Positions 51,776-62,970 of a DNA stretch of 64,000 nucleotides are shown here, one piece after another (the stretch's first letter is position 1; the number at the start of each line of letters is the position of its first letter). The stretch covers positions 1 to 64,000 of the forward strand of contig JAUCBJ010007449.1 in the NCBI GenBank assembly GCA_032718475.1, in the 5' to 3' direction. Origin of the DNA: Nemertoderma westbladi. Taxonomy: Eukaryota > Animalia > Xenacoelomorpha. The position numbers and the translations under genes were made by a program. The notes below the pieces were generated by a model. It did no database searches, was not told the DNA's origin, and saw only the letters and a list, made by a program, of their open reading frames with translations.

Positions 51776-52260
51776 TGTGACTACATTATTTTATATTTTT
51801 ATTTTTATATTTATGTATGTATTATTATGTAATTTTATTATTATAATCGTTTTCTTTAATTTTATTTAGTAGAATAATATTTTAACGATTATTTAGTAGA
51901 TTAGTGCAATATATTAGTGTTTTATTACTTAATTACTTAATATAATATATTTCGTTTAACGGCGAGAAATAATTCATTTTCTCTTTCCTTACTGTCCGTA
52001 TCATACTATAAATATGTGACTCCAGTAAGATGAAATGTCAGTACTTATTAAAGTACAATATACCGCCCCTACTATACTTAAGTATTATTGGTAATTAGAG
52101 TATTAGGAATGCAAAGTTCAGATCCTCGTGTCTCGGCTAAACCAAGCTCTGGGTAGACCTTGGAAACGACTTGCCTCTTCTCACTGAAATTGCTTCTTGC
52201 AATATTGCTCTCATACCGTATCTTAAATAATACATATAGTAGAATGATGTCCATTTAACA
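51776..52260 (+). repeat. Putative 3' LTR of the BEL/Pao pol element
   Basis: Follows purine-rich AGAGTGGG, has TGT...ACA ends and TATAAA at ~52007. No second copy in the window. Confidence 0.45.
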
Positions 52261-52342
52261 GTAGCGTTGAAGCTCAAAATATTAACAAATATTATTAATA
52301 TTAATAATATTATTAAATAAATCTGTTAATAAATCTTCAAAC

Positions 52343-52652
52343 AAATCTGTTGAACCTTTTGAGCATCTGAAATTCTAGTCGATTAAGATATCGCGGCACC
52401 CACCAATATACTTGAAAGACAAAATTCTAGAAGCAGTGGTTAACTTCCCCAGACATGTTCTGGAATATACAGGTGCCCATCCCAAATATTAAATATTAAA
52501 TATTTGATAAATATCTACAACGTTTGTTATAACACATGTTAAAATATGGAAAATTTATAAATCAAATCTGTTAAAATTTTAGATCCTCTAAAATTCTAGT
52601 CAATTAAGATATCGTAGTACTTACCGATACTCTTAAAAGACAAATTTCTGGA
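52343..52652. repeat. ~90-bp diverged direct repeat (52343-52432, 52564-52652)
   Basis: aaatctgtt...aaattctagtc.attaagatatcg...aaagacaaa.ttct.gaa occurs twice. Confidence 0.7.
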
Positions 52653-53482
52653 ATTAAGGATCCTAGTATTAAGGATCTCAAATAATAAAATTCACGAGAA
52701 TAAATTTTAAATTCATATCCTCTCATGAATTTGATAAATTGTCATTTTATACAATTTATAAACATTCCCAAAATTCCATTAATTAATAGATCATGGGAGC
52801 GGAGATTCACCCTATTAAGTATATTAGTGTGAGAGAATCTCCAGTGTACAGTCAATAGCCGATAAAATTCATAAAATCATGTATAAGGGGAATATTGACA
52901 ATTAAAGAATCACTATTAAATAGCATCCCAGATCTGTATGCATGAGAATTACCCTAATTCTACCGCTAGCTTTCCATAATGTCACCATAGTAACAACCAC
53001 GCTAGAATTAGAAGCGAGTTAAAAGAACAATAGAAAGCTTGCCCCATTGAATAGCATGCGGAATAAATAGCACCTTGCTAGTATCCAGGGATACATAATA
53101 ATAATGTGGCATTCTGGGAGGAATTTGACTAACGGACAAATGGCCCTAATTTGTACAAATTGTGGCAGGAATGTGGAATTTGTGTATTTATAGGTGAATG
53201 TTACTACTAAAGTGTGTTTACAGTAGCGAGTCGCAGTTGTGAAAGTTACCCTGCCTCTGTAACAAGTACCTCCAGTAAATCCAAGCCCTTGGGACGGACA
53301 GTGGAGTGACTCGCGCTGGTTATTGTTGTCGTTGTGTAGCTACTACGCTAGCGAGAGGCACAGCGACAACAGTACATCAGCGCTGAGGATCTCACGCTGT
53401 CCGGGGGTATAGAGGGGGAGGCAGCGACGACCGTTAGCCTGATTATTATTAACTATAATATCGATAAACTCATATAGCAGCT

Positions 53483-54350
53483 ATGACTGAGTTGATAGAA
53501 GATGATCTTGGTATCAGGGAGCGATATACCCTACCACTGCAAGCGTTTGTTGATAGTTTCATAAGCGGTGACGCTAGTCAACATACTACGGAAGACGTAT
53601 ATCGAACCGCCAAAGGAACAGCTCAAGCGTGAATTGGACTATAGAAAATTCACCGCTCGCTATACGCATCATAATGGTACGTATATGGACTTCTTAACTA
53701 CTGGTCATCCTATCAATTTACATGATACGGACGATGTAGATACCGAAAGGGAAATGATTCTATTTAAATTTCATGCCCAGCGGAGTCAGAATGATAAACT
53801 GAGAATTGAACATGAAAATTCTATTCGAAACCAACTCGAAAGAGAAGATGTTGAAGAGCCGGATAAACGCAGTGACTTCAACGAATATTTAGAATTCTTG
53901 AGAGAAACTTATCTCAATGTAGCCAGTCAACAAAATCTAGAAACTCGATATCCTCAAGGTATACATCATAACCCTATGATAGAACTCGAACGACTCTATT
54001 TTACTATGATGTATCTTACCGCCGATCGACCGTTACCTGTTGTACCGGATAGCTTCGAACAGATGGAGGATTATTGTAAAACTGGAGAAAGATCACCAGC
54101 GTTTCCCTTACAAGATGTGCGTCTTTGCTATTACTGCGATGAATGCCCTAGACCCAATCAACAAATGGAAAGACATAAAAATCCGCGGAGACGTTGCGCT
54201 AAACACAGTTTTACTCGCTATACTGAAGGGAGCTTTGAGCAAAACTTGTTCGACGTATCACCTATGCTCGCTCGACTCAAACGATCCTTAAATAAACCTA
54301 TGATCAGAGTTCTGGAATACTCGGTCAGATCTCCTCATTCCCTGGTGTGA
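53483..54350 (+). CDS. Orphan protein with Cys/His cluster (probable true ATG at 53483, frameshifted relative to the 53568 ORF)
   Basis: 260-aa open frame beginning at a GTG. Upstream ATG ORF MTELIEDDLGIRERY.. in another frame. Motif CYYCDEC-x16-CAKH. Confidence 0.55.
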
Positions 54351-54374
54351 CCTCAGACTCTTGATCCTAATAGT

Positions 54375-55697
54375 ATGACGGATCCTCCTGAGTTCTACTC
54401 ATTGTTCAAAGATCTAGTGTTACCCGAACAATTAATCGGTGGCATTCTGGTTGTGGGCTCTCTAGATATTCGCCCATCCTACCTAGCCGGATTGGGACGC
54501 GGACATCTAATATCGCCGTTCAACCCATATAATCGTCCCGGTTTAACTCCGATAAAACCTGTCATCGAGGTGGAGGAAAGCGTTGTACGAAACGCATTAG
54601 ACACTATTCGACAAAAGATCGGAAAAGGAACCTACGATTGTTTAGACAAACGTAAATTGCAACAACAAGTCCAAGCGGTAAAAGAATTAGCTTTACCCCA
54701 GTTTGATCGGGAAATCCAGAATCTTGAGAAAGATATCGAACTTGGACAAACATACTCTCTACAAGAGTTCTTGGACGAACGCTTCCAACAACAAGCGGAG
54801 GAAAATCAGCTCGAGGAGAAGCACATAGAAATGGATGGGAGAGAAGAAGCAGCTTTAGCCCAACCAGAAGCTCAAATCCTTATGACTGATCTCTATTCCA
54901 AAACCATCATTCATCCTTCGATGGTTCCCCATTTCGGAGACAAACTCTTCGCCATGGTACAACCCCAACCGGTTGATATCAACTTAAGATCTAGAGATCT
55001 TATCGCTGACGCTCCTATGTTACAACGTCCGCCAATCGAGGCCGCTCGTGTCAACGGTATACTCGTTGAACCTCCGGACAATCGAGTGGATCTTGTCCGT
55101 CGTACGGTACACGAGGTCAACCTACGCACTAGACCTATACTGAACTCATTTTATGGGATCAAAGATCACCCCTATTATGTCAATTTAACTCAATATTATA
55201 TGGTGAAACCAGAAGATCCTACACACAGTTTAAAGTTTCTACCATTGATAAATCCCCTTGATCTTGTTGAACTCGAACAACTACAGAAACATTTAGATCA
55301 ATTGGTTAAAGTAAACTTATTCAGAAAAGCTTATAATGTTTCAAGAATAGAAAAGGACATAATACCTCCGTATAATCTCGATAGATTTATTAAAACTCTA
55401 TTAGTCCATTGGAATCTCGACATATTATTCAAGGAAGAGAGAATACAGCGATATGGAGATGCAGATACTTATACTAGTAGTAGAAGAAGAGGTGACCCCA
55501 ACGAACTCCTCCCTAGCTTGGGCTATGGGCTACATCTCGGAGGACTATTAAAAATGCCAAATTCCGATGCTAAATTACGGCGTTTAATTGCCTACATCTG
55601 TCACCATCGAGGTAGTTACCATCAACCAATCGTAGCGTATTCACCTACGCGTAGCCCACCTTACTCGATAGCAGCTGTTACCACCCTTCGGTATTGA
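54375..55697 (+). CDS. Orphan protein (440 aa) with coiled-coil segment
   Basis: Long ATG-initiated ORF with no recognisable motif. Confidence 0.65.
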   Translation: MTDPPEFYSLFKDLVLPEQLIGGILVVGSLDIRPSYLAGLGRGHLISPFNPYNRPGLTPIKPVIEVEESVVRNALDTIRQKIGKGTYDCLDKRKLQQQVQAVKELALPQFDREIQNLEKDIELGQTYSLQEFLDERFQQQAEENQLEEKHIEMDGREEAALAQPEAQILMTDLYSKTIIHPSMVPHFGDKLFAMVQPQPVDINLRSRDLIADAPMLQRPPIEAARVNGILVEPPDNRVDLVRRTVHEVNLRTRPILNSFYGIKDHPYYVNLTQYYMVKPEDPTHSLKFLPLINPLDLVELEQLQKHLDQLVKVNLFRKAYNVSRIEKDIIPPYNLDRFIKTLLVHWNLDILFKEERIQRYGDADTYTSSRRRGDPNELLPSLGYGLHLGGLLKMPNSDAKLRRLIAYICHHRGSYHQPIVAYSPTRSPPYSIAAVTTLRY

Positions 55698-56308
55698 TTC
55701 GTATCATTGCTGCAACAACCATACATTGCATATTCATCTTCGCGTAGCCTAACTTCTCGAGGCATGGCTAGCCCCCAACCCATCGCTATTCGATCAACCA
55801 ACCAACAGCGATACACCCTCAGATTATTCCCCTTTTCGCCACGCTACCACCTCCACATACTGTATATGGTGACTAAAACGATAACGTGGCCATCTACACG
55901 ATGCATATACCAAGTCGTTATATTACAGTATATTATATCGATTGCCAACTCAACGATTTACGTCCCTCCGTTGATAGAGCTACTCAACTGCTGTCGCCAA
56001 ACCAACAAACCAACCACTCAGTATGATACATGTGCATGAAATTCCGCCACGTTCCAGCTACGCGTATACACACATTAGTGATTATTATTATTATGCAATA
56101 ATTTTTAATTAAACTGCATTTTCCCTCCCGGCTAATCAACCAATCAATAAACCGAATTTAGGCTATTTCTCAGTTTAAGACCTGTATTATTTTTGAAAAT
56201 ATCTTATATATATAATCTCTTGCTTTAATCACAATTAATCATTTGTAATGGTTTTAGTTTAAAAGTTTTTACTTTGTTTGTTTGATTTACAATAAAATAA
56301 ATTAAATA

Positions 56309-56752
56309 ATGTCTTCTGATTCCGATATGGTTATGCCAATAGTAAGGCATTCATTTTTTGCAGAAGATGGTCAAGCCTATATTGTTATTGATTATACAAT
56401 TTACCGTCAGGGAGATGATAAATATAAAATTGAGTTTTCTGAAAAAGCCAGGAAAGTTTTAAGCTCAATTGATATTGATGCTTCTGATAATAGTATTCAT
56501 CTCTTAGATTACAACCGGAAAGTTGAGCATGAGGGAAAATTAATCAACATCTTACTATTATCCATGATAGAGGGGTTTATTGTTATTACACAATACAACG
56601 AAGCTGGTGAAAAGTTTGAAATACGGCTAAATCGGCATAGCCCCTACGAAATTATGTCTTTCTTTATTGTAATGATTTCAAAAGAATCCTTTATCGAACC
56701 TGAAGAATCAACAGATAATGTTGAATATGTTGATAATATCATTGATTCTTGA
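56309..56752 (+). CDS. Hypothetical acidic protein (147 aa)
   Basis: ATG in an A-rich context (aaataATG). ORF flanked by AT-rich spacers. Confidence 0.6.
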   Translation: MSSDSDMVMPIVRHSFFAEDGQAYIVIDYTIYRQGDDKYKIEFSEKARKVLSSIDIDASDNSIHLLDYNRKVEHEGKLINILLLSMIEGFIVITQYNEAGEKFEIRLNRHSPYEIMSFFIVMISKESFIEPEESTDNVEYVDNIIDS

Positions 56753-56915
56753 CTTTTCCCACTATATTATAAATATTTTATGATTATTTATAAAATTTTA
56801 ATGTTTTTAAATAATCGAAAATTGTAGTAGTATTTGTATATACAGTATAACAGTTTTGTTTGTTGTTGTTGTGTATTGAGGTAATTATTTTCAATTTACT
56901 TTACAATTTGGAAAA

Positions 56916-57368
56916 ATGGATATTTTAAATGAAAAATGTCCAGTTTGCTATTCTAAGTTATTGCAACAACATCGAGATTATTATAAATGTGAAAATAAAC
57001 ATGCAACTTGCGTACAATGTATTGTACAATATTCCGAAATGAATAATTATTGTTCTAAAATTTGTCCTATTTGTCGCGCACCCATATCTAAGTTTAATAT
57101 AAAGTTGGCAAGTTATCAACCCTATTATTGGAAAGAGCTTCGCAATATAACTTATATTTCTGCGGAAAGTAATGATCCGGGAGATTTATTTACAATATTG
57201 GAGAATATTTTTTATAGAAATGTAGTACGACGGTGTTGCTACTATATTCCTTATTTTTTTAGCAGCGAACATAAAAAAATCATTAGTGCGAAATTCTCGG
57301 GAAGTGATTTCCAAACCGCCGATGTTACCTATCATTATTTCGCGTATAAAGATGCTCACCATGCTTGA
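56916..57368 (+). CDS. RING-finger (C3HC4) protein, putative E3 ligase
   Basis: CPVC-x13-CENKHATCVQC-x15-CPICR. Confidence 0.8.
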   Translation: MDILNEKCPVCYSKLLQQHRDYYKCENKHATCVQCIVQYSEMNNYCSKICPICRAPISKFNIKLASYQPYYWKELRNITYISAESNDPGDLFTILENIFYRNVVRRCCYYIPYFFSSEHKKIISAKFSGSDFQTADVTYHYFAYKDAHHA

Positions 57369-57585
57369 AATTACATCAGTCTATACTATAATTGGAAATA
57401 GCACCTTTTGTTGCAGCGAGCGTCACATACTGTAGTTGTGTCATATGTTAATTAAATATACAGTACTCTAATGTTGTAGTTGCCTCAATTATTGTTATAT
57501 ACATAGTAATGGTGATGGTTTATTGATATTGATATTGATATTTATATTATATTGTATTGTTTATATATCTTAATAATAATAATAA

Positions 57586-58266
57586 ATGGCTGACTTTAAT
57601 TCAGGTCCATATAATTTAAACTTTCAAATGGGAACGAGTATGATAATTTCTGGGCCATCTGGTTCTGGAAAGTCAACGTTTGTCAGTAATTTAATTAAAC
57701 ACAAGAATGGTTGTTTCAACGAAGCCCCCTTGCGAGTATTGTATTGTTACGGGAGCAATCCCCCGACTATTCCCGGTATTACTCACCTTTACAAAGTTTT
57801 GCCTGAAAATATAGATAGTTTAGTGAATAGTCGAGATTTATTAATTATAGATGATTTATTAACAGAAACTGAGTCCAGTACAGCTTTAACTGTATTGTTT
57901 ACTAAGGTAGCTCATTATTCCAATATATTTATTTGTTTTATAACGCAAAACATGTTTTATGGTGGGAAGCATAACCGCACAAGATCAATTAATAGCCATA
58001 CTTTAGTATTAATGAAAAATCCGCGAGACAGTTTATCAGTTTTAAAATTCGCGAAGCAGATGTTACCAGGGCAGACCAAATTTTTAGTTGATTCCTATCA
58101 AGATGCGACAATTGAACCATTTTCACATTTCTTAATTGATTTACGACAGGAAACACCCGAACATTTAAGATTTAGATCGGATATATTTCGTAATCATAAT
58201 TGTTACATTAAAAATTACATTGACTATAAACGTAGCGAAAATAATAATAATAATAATAATAAATAA
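57586..58266 (+). CDS. FtsK/A32-like DNA packaging ATPase
   Basis: Walker A GPSGSGKST, Walker B LLIIDDL, FITQN, RSINS, KNPRD, Y..AT..PFSHFLIDL, typical of Polinton ATPases. Confidence 0.93.
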   Translation: MADFNSGPYNLNFQMGTSMIISGPSGSGKSTFVSNLIKHKNGCFNEAPLRVLYCYGSNPPTIPGITHLYKVLPENIDSLVNSRDLLIIDDLLTETESSTALTVLFTKVAHYSNIFICFITQNMFYGGKHNRTRSINSHTLVLMKNPRDSLSVLKFAKQMLPGQTKFLVDSYQDATIEPFSHFLIDLRQETPEHLRFRSDIFRNHNCYIKNYIDYKRSENNNNNNNK

Positions 58267-58303
58267 TTAATATTTTGTAACAATTTTCAATAATGTTGCA
58301 ACA

Positions 58304-58687
58304 ATGAATAGACTTGTGCAGAAATATCGTAACGAACTGGAATTTCTACGCAGCGCTACCCCTCAACAAAGAACTTATTTTATTAATCATACCGCGAGTA
58401 ACGAATTAATACGGCTCATTGTAAATACTGCATTAAATGTTCTAAAAGGTAACGTACAATTAACCCCTCATTCATTTAGAAATATTCGCCGCTATAAGAA
58501 GGTATTGAAATCTCTCAACCGTAAAACAAAAAATATATCAAGTTACAGAAAAAAGTTAAGCAATCAATCTGGAGGTATACTACCGTTTCTAATACCCTTA
58601 CTCGGCATTGGTGCGAAACTCGCCGCGAGTGCCGGTGCCGCCGCCGCTGGAGCAGCTATTGCGAAAAAAATTAACCGCGGACGGTAA
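58304..58687 (+). CDS. Conserved small basic Polinton protein (PW-like) with QxGG adenain-type cleavage site and hydrophobic tail
   Basis: ALNVLKGNVQLT...YKKVLK...NQSGGILPFLIPLL pattern. Confidence 0.75.
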   Translation: MNRLVQKYRNELEFLRSATPQQRTYFINHTASNELIRLIVNTALNVLKGNVQLTPHSFRNIRRYKKVLKSLNRKTKNISSYRKKLSNQSGGILPFLIPLLGIGAKLAASAGAAAAGAAIAKKINRGR

Positions 58688-58689
58688 CA

Positions 58690-58860
58690 ATGGTTAAAAC
58701 AGGAGTAACATTTAGAAAATTATATTTAGTATCGAGTAAACCGTTAGCTACTGATTTAAAACCACAAGATATACCTAGAGTAAATACTACAAAAAGAAAA
58801 CCCTTTAAAACATCAACTTCAAAGAAAATAATTAAAAAATTTCAGTTGTTCTTACGGTGA
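58690..58860 (+). CDS. Small basic ORF (56 aa) filling the gap before the integrase
   Basis: MVKTGVTFRKLYLVSSKP...FQLFLR*. Starts 2 nt after the previous stop. Below the ORF-track cutoff. Confidence 0.45.
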   Translation: MVKTGVTFRKLYLVSSKPLATDLKPQDIPRVNTTKRKPFKTSTSKKIIKKFQLFLR

Positions 58861-58911
58861 TGCCCTTTATAAGAGATTTGAATATACATATTACTTGCGG
58901 TTGTCGAAAAG

Positions 58912-60431
<1,520 letters not shown>

Positions 60432-60692
60432 GCTTAGGTTTATACTGTATATTAATTCATTTTGGTCGCATATGACTGTAATTAATCAATATTAACTCGA
60501 ATGATATTACTATATCTATAGTTCATCCGTTTTAAATAAAGCCAATAAAATATTGATCCCGCGCATATACTGGAGAAGATGCGACAATGAACGTGGTCAC
60601 AGATGTCTATAATTTAACATTATACTGTACTGTATGTACAATGGAGTCAAGTAGAGAGAGAGAGAGCTTAAATAATAATAATAATAATAATA

Positions 60693-61565
60693 ATGGCCAC
60701 AGATACATATATCACTCTACTTTCAGATAGCTCATTAAACACTTACCCCAATAATAATCCTAGCGAGTTTACTGTTGATTTAGCCGAAGAATTATATATT
60801 GGTCCAAACGCTAAAATTGGGCTTGCCGAGCTACAATACCAAGCAACATACAATAATATTACACTGCAAACTCAAATCTCGCTGTCAATCGGGGTAGATG
60901 CAAAAGATGCCAAATTATATAGTTTATTTCCTGGTATGCATAGCTCTATTCAAGTGATTATTGATGATATAAATAAACTGTTTAATTCTGAAGCGAAATA
61001 TAGAGATTTCGAATTCATTTTTAATACAAATAATTCTAGAATTAAATTTAAATTTCCTAAAAAGTTGAAAAAAATACAATTAAGTCTACGTGGTGATTTA
61101 ATACAAATTCTAGGCTTAAAACCGTTATTGGATCGGAATCATCCTGGTATTCCGAATTGGGATATATACAGTACCACTACAGTAGATGAATTAAGCAATA
61201 TAGAACAGCCGATATTAATTTTAAATTATAGCGGACCAAAAATTTCGGAAATTGGCATTTTAGATTTTCCAGCTCCCACGAATATAACACGTAATAAAGA
61301 CACTATCTTTATATATACAGATATTATTAAGAGCTCATTTGTTGGTGACGCTTTAGCACCGCTCTTAAGAACCTGCCCTTTAACGCAATTAAATCGAAAA
61401 TATATTAATCACGAATACGAGAGCATTTGCTATTTCCCATTGTTGAATAAAAAACTAAAAACAATCTTAATTACTTTACGTGACGGACAAGGCGAATTAA
61501 TTAATTTTAGCGGAGGTCGCACTGTTATAACACTTAAGTTAATACGGGGTGGCAGTGATGGATGA
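60693..61565 (+). CDS. Minor capsid protein (penton-like, single jelly roll), copy 1
   Basis: YITLLSDSS..YPNN.PSEFTVDL..IGLAEL at the N-terminus. IFIYTDII..VGD..PLLR..YFPL..ITLRD..GELINF.GG..ITL at the C-terminus. Confidence 0.88.
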   Translation: MATDTYITLLSDSSLNTYPNNNPSEFTVDLAEELYIGPNAKIGLAELQYQATYNNITLQTQISLSIGVDAKDAKLYSLFPGMHSSIQVIIDDINKLFNSEAKYRDFEFIFNTNNSRIKFKFPKKLKKIQLSLRGDLIQILGLKPLLDRNHPGIPNWDIYSTTTVDELSNIEQPILILNYSGPKISEIGILDFPAPTNITRNKDTIFIYTDIIKSSFVGDALAPLLRTCPLTQLNRKYINHEYESICYFPLLNKKLKTILITLRDGQGELINFSGGRTVITLKLIRGGSDG

Positions 61566-62403
61566 ATTCTACGTAAGACTACCAAGTAACTCCTGTCCAA
61601 TTGATTTTCCCCGCAATAGCGCTAGTAATTATCAGATCAATTTCCATGGCGCCTTACCTATAAACCCAAACGAAAACTGGGTGGTAGGTATAAAAAGTAT
61701 ATTTTACTTAGCTACGTTGCCGTCCATGTATAACAATGTAGAGAATGTTATTTTATTAAAAAAAGGAAAAAAAAATTTTGAGGATACACTTCCATCCGGT
61801 TTGTTCTACAGTATCAATGACATTATAGATTATTTTAACACGGGGGCGTTGAAAGATAAATTACAAATAGTTGAAAATACTCAACAAAATAGGTTGCAAT
61901 TTAGTTTAGGGAAAACTGTGCGAGAGTTATTTATAGGTCAACAATTAGCCTATTATTTTGGAATTACTGAAAATAATCTCGGCGCGAATTTAAATCCAAA
62001 TTTTAAAATTATTTTGAAGACGAAAAATAATATAAAGGGTTATTTAATAAAGGTTATCGGAAATGGAGAAAAAGCTTACCAGATGGTATTTTTATGCCCT
62101 CAACCACCCAATTCTATTCCAGAACCTAAGTCGAACATGTACGTGACTACTAATATAATTGAAAATCAATATATTAATGACTTTGGTTTAGCTTTACTTC
62201 GTCGTGTTGCGATACCTGATGACGTGAAATATGGTAGCGTAATAAATAAAGAATTTGTCAAGGATACAATTCATTATATCCCTGTAAAAAAATCATATAA
62301 GATAACATACATTCATATTGAAATAACAGACAAAGAAGGAAAAGATTTGAATTTTGAATACGGGACAACATCTATTACATTACACTTTAAACGAATAAAT
62401 TAA
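61558..62403 (+). CDS. Minor capsid protein (penton-like), copy 2
   Basis: FYVRLPSNS..FPRNSASNY..WVVGI; MYVTTNII..LLR..YIPV..IHIEITD..G..LNFEYG..ITLHFKR. ATG at 61558 overlaps the stop of copy 1. Confidence 0.88.
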   Translation: MDEFYVRLPSNSCPIDFPRNSASNYQINFHGALPINPNENWVVGIKSIFYLATLPSMYNNVENVILLKKGKKNFEDTLPSGLFYSINDIIDYFNTGALKDKLQIVENTQQNRLQFSLGKTVRELFIGQQLAYYFGITENNLGANLNPNFKIILKTKNNIKGYLIKVIGNGEKAYQMVFLCPQPPNSIPEPKSNMYVTTNIIENQYINDFGLALLRRVAIPDDVKYGSVINKEFVKDTIHYIPVKKSYKITYIHIEITDKEGKDLNFEYGTTSITLHFKRIN

Positions 62404-62404
62404 A

Positions 62405-62968
62405 ATGGATTCTGATTTATTTCAAAGATACAGTAAACCTCAATATGGTGGTGCAGACTCGAATCTTGCTGTTTTTAAAGGTGGTAGAAGTACGAGAGGT
62501 TCGACGCAAGTTCCTGTTTTTCGAGGTGGTTCATATATTGACCCTTACGGTCAACAAATTGGCACATTTGGTCCAAACTTAAAACAACGTCGTTTTCAGC
62601 ATTATCGTAGAGGTATGCGGGCAAATCAACACGGAGAAGGTATATTTACAGACGCTTTATCGACATTGAAAAAATTTGGTAAGCCATTAGCTAAAAAAGT
62701 TTTACAGAAAGCTTTACCATTTACCACAAAATTTATGAGACAACACGTAATACCAAAAGGTAAGCGGGTCTTACATCAGCAGGCTAATACGGTTATTAAT
62801 AAAGCATTAAATAAAATGAAACCGTCAACAAGGTCAGTTGTAGAAAAAGTTTATAGAGATTTAAAGCGACCCGCTAGACCAATGTCTATGAACATACATC
62901 ATCGACGTAGTAATAAATATAGAAAAATAAAAGGCAAACTGAAACACTGCGAAAAAAGTATTTTTTAA
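62405..62968 (+). CDS. Basic core/membrane-lytic precursor (pVII/pX-like) with adenain-type Gly motifs
   Basis: QYGG, FKGG, VFRGG, QHGEGIF followed by an amphipathic basic helix. K/R-rich. Located between penton and major capsid. Confidence 0.7.
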   Translation: MDSDLFQRYSKPQYGGADSNLAVFKGGRSTRGSTQVPVFRGGSYIDPYGQQIGTFGPNLKQRRFQHYRRGMRANQHGEGIFTDALSTLKKFGKPLAKKVLQKALPFTTKFMRQHVIPKGKRVLHQQANTVINKALNKMKPSTRSVVEKVYRDLKRPARPMSMNIHHRRSNKYRKIKGKLKHCEKSIF

Positions 62969-62970
62969 TA

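Noticed and set aside
15160-52260. BEL gag (15-19 kb) and BEL pol (48-52 kb) as halves of one 37-kb element
   Set aside because: Each has its own downstream PPT/LTR-like sequence with no visible similarity, and a host gene lies between them.
54120-54150. LxCxE Rb-binding motif in the orphan ORF (LCYYCDEC)
   Set aside because: Spacing gives YxCxE, not LxCxE. A metal-binding cluster is more likely.
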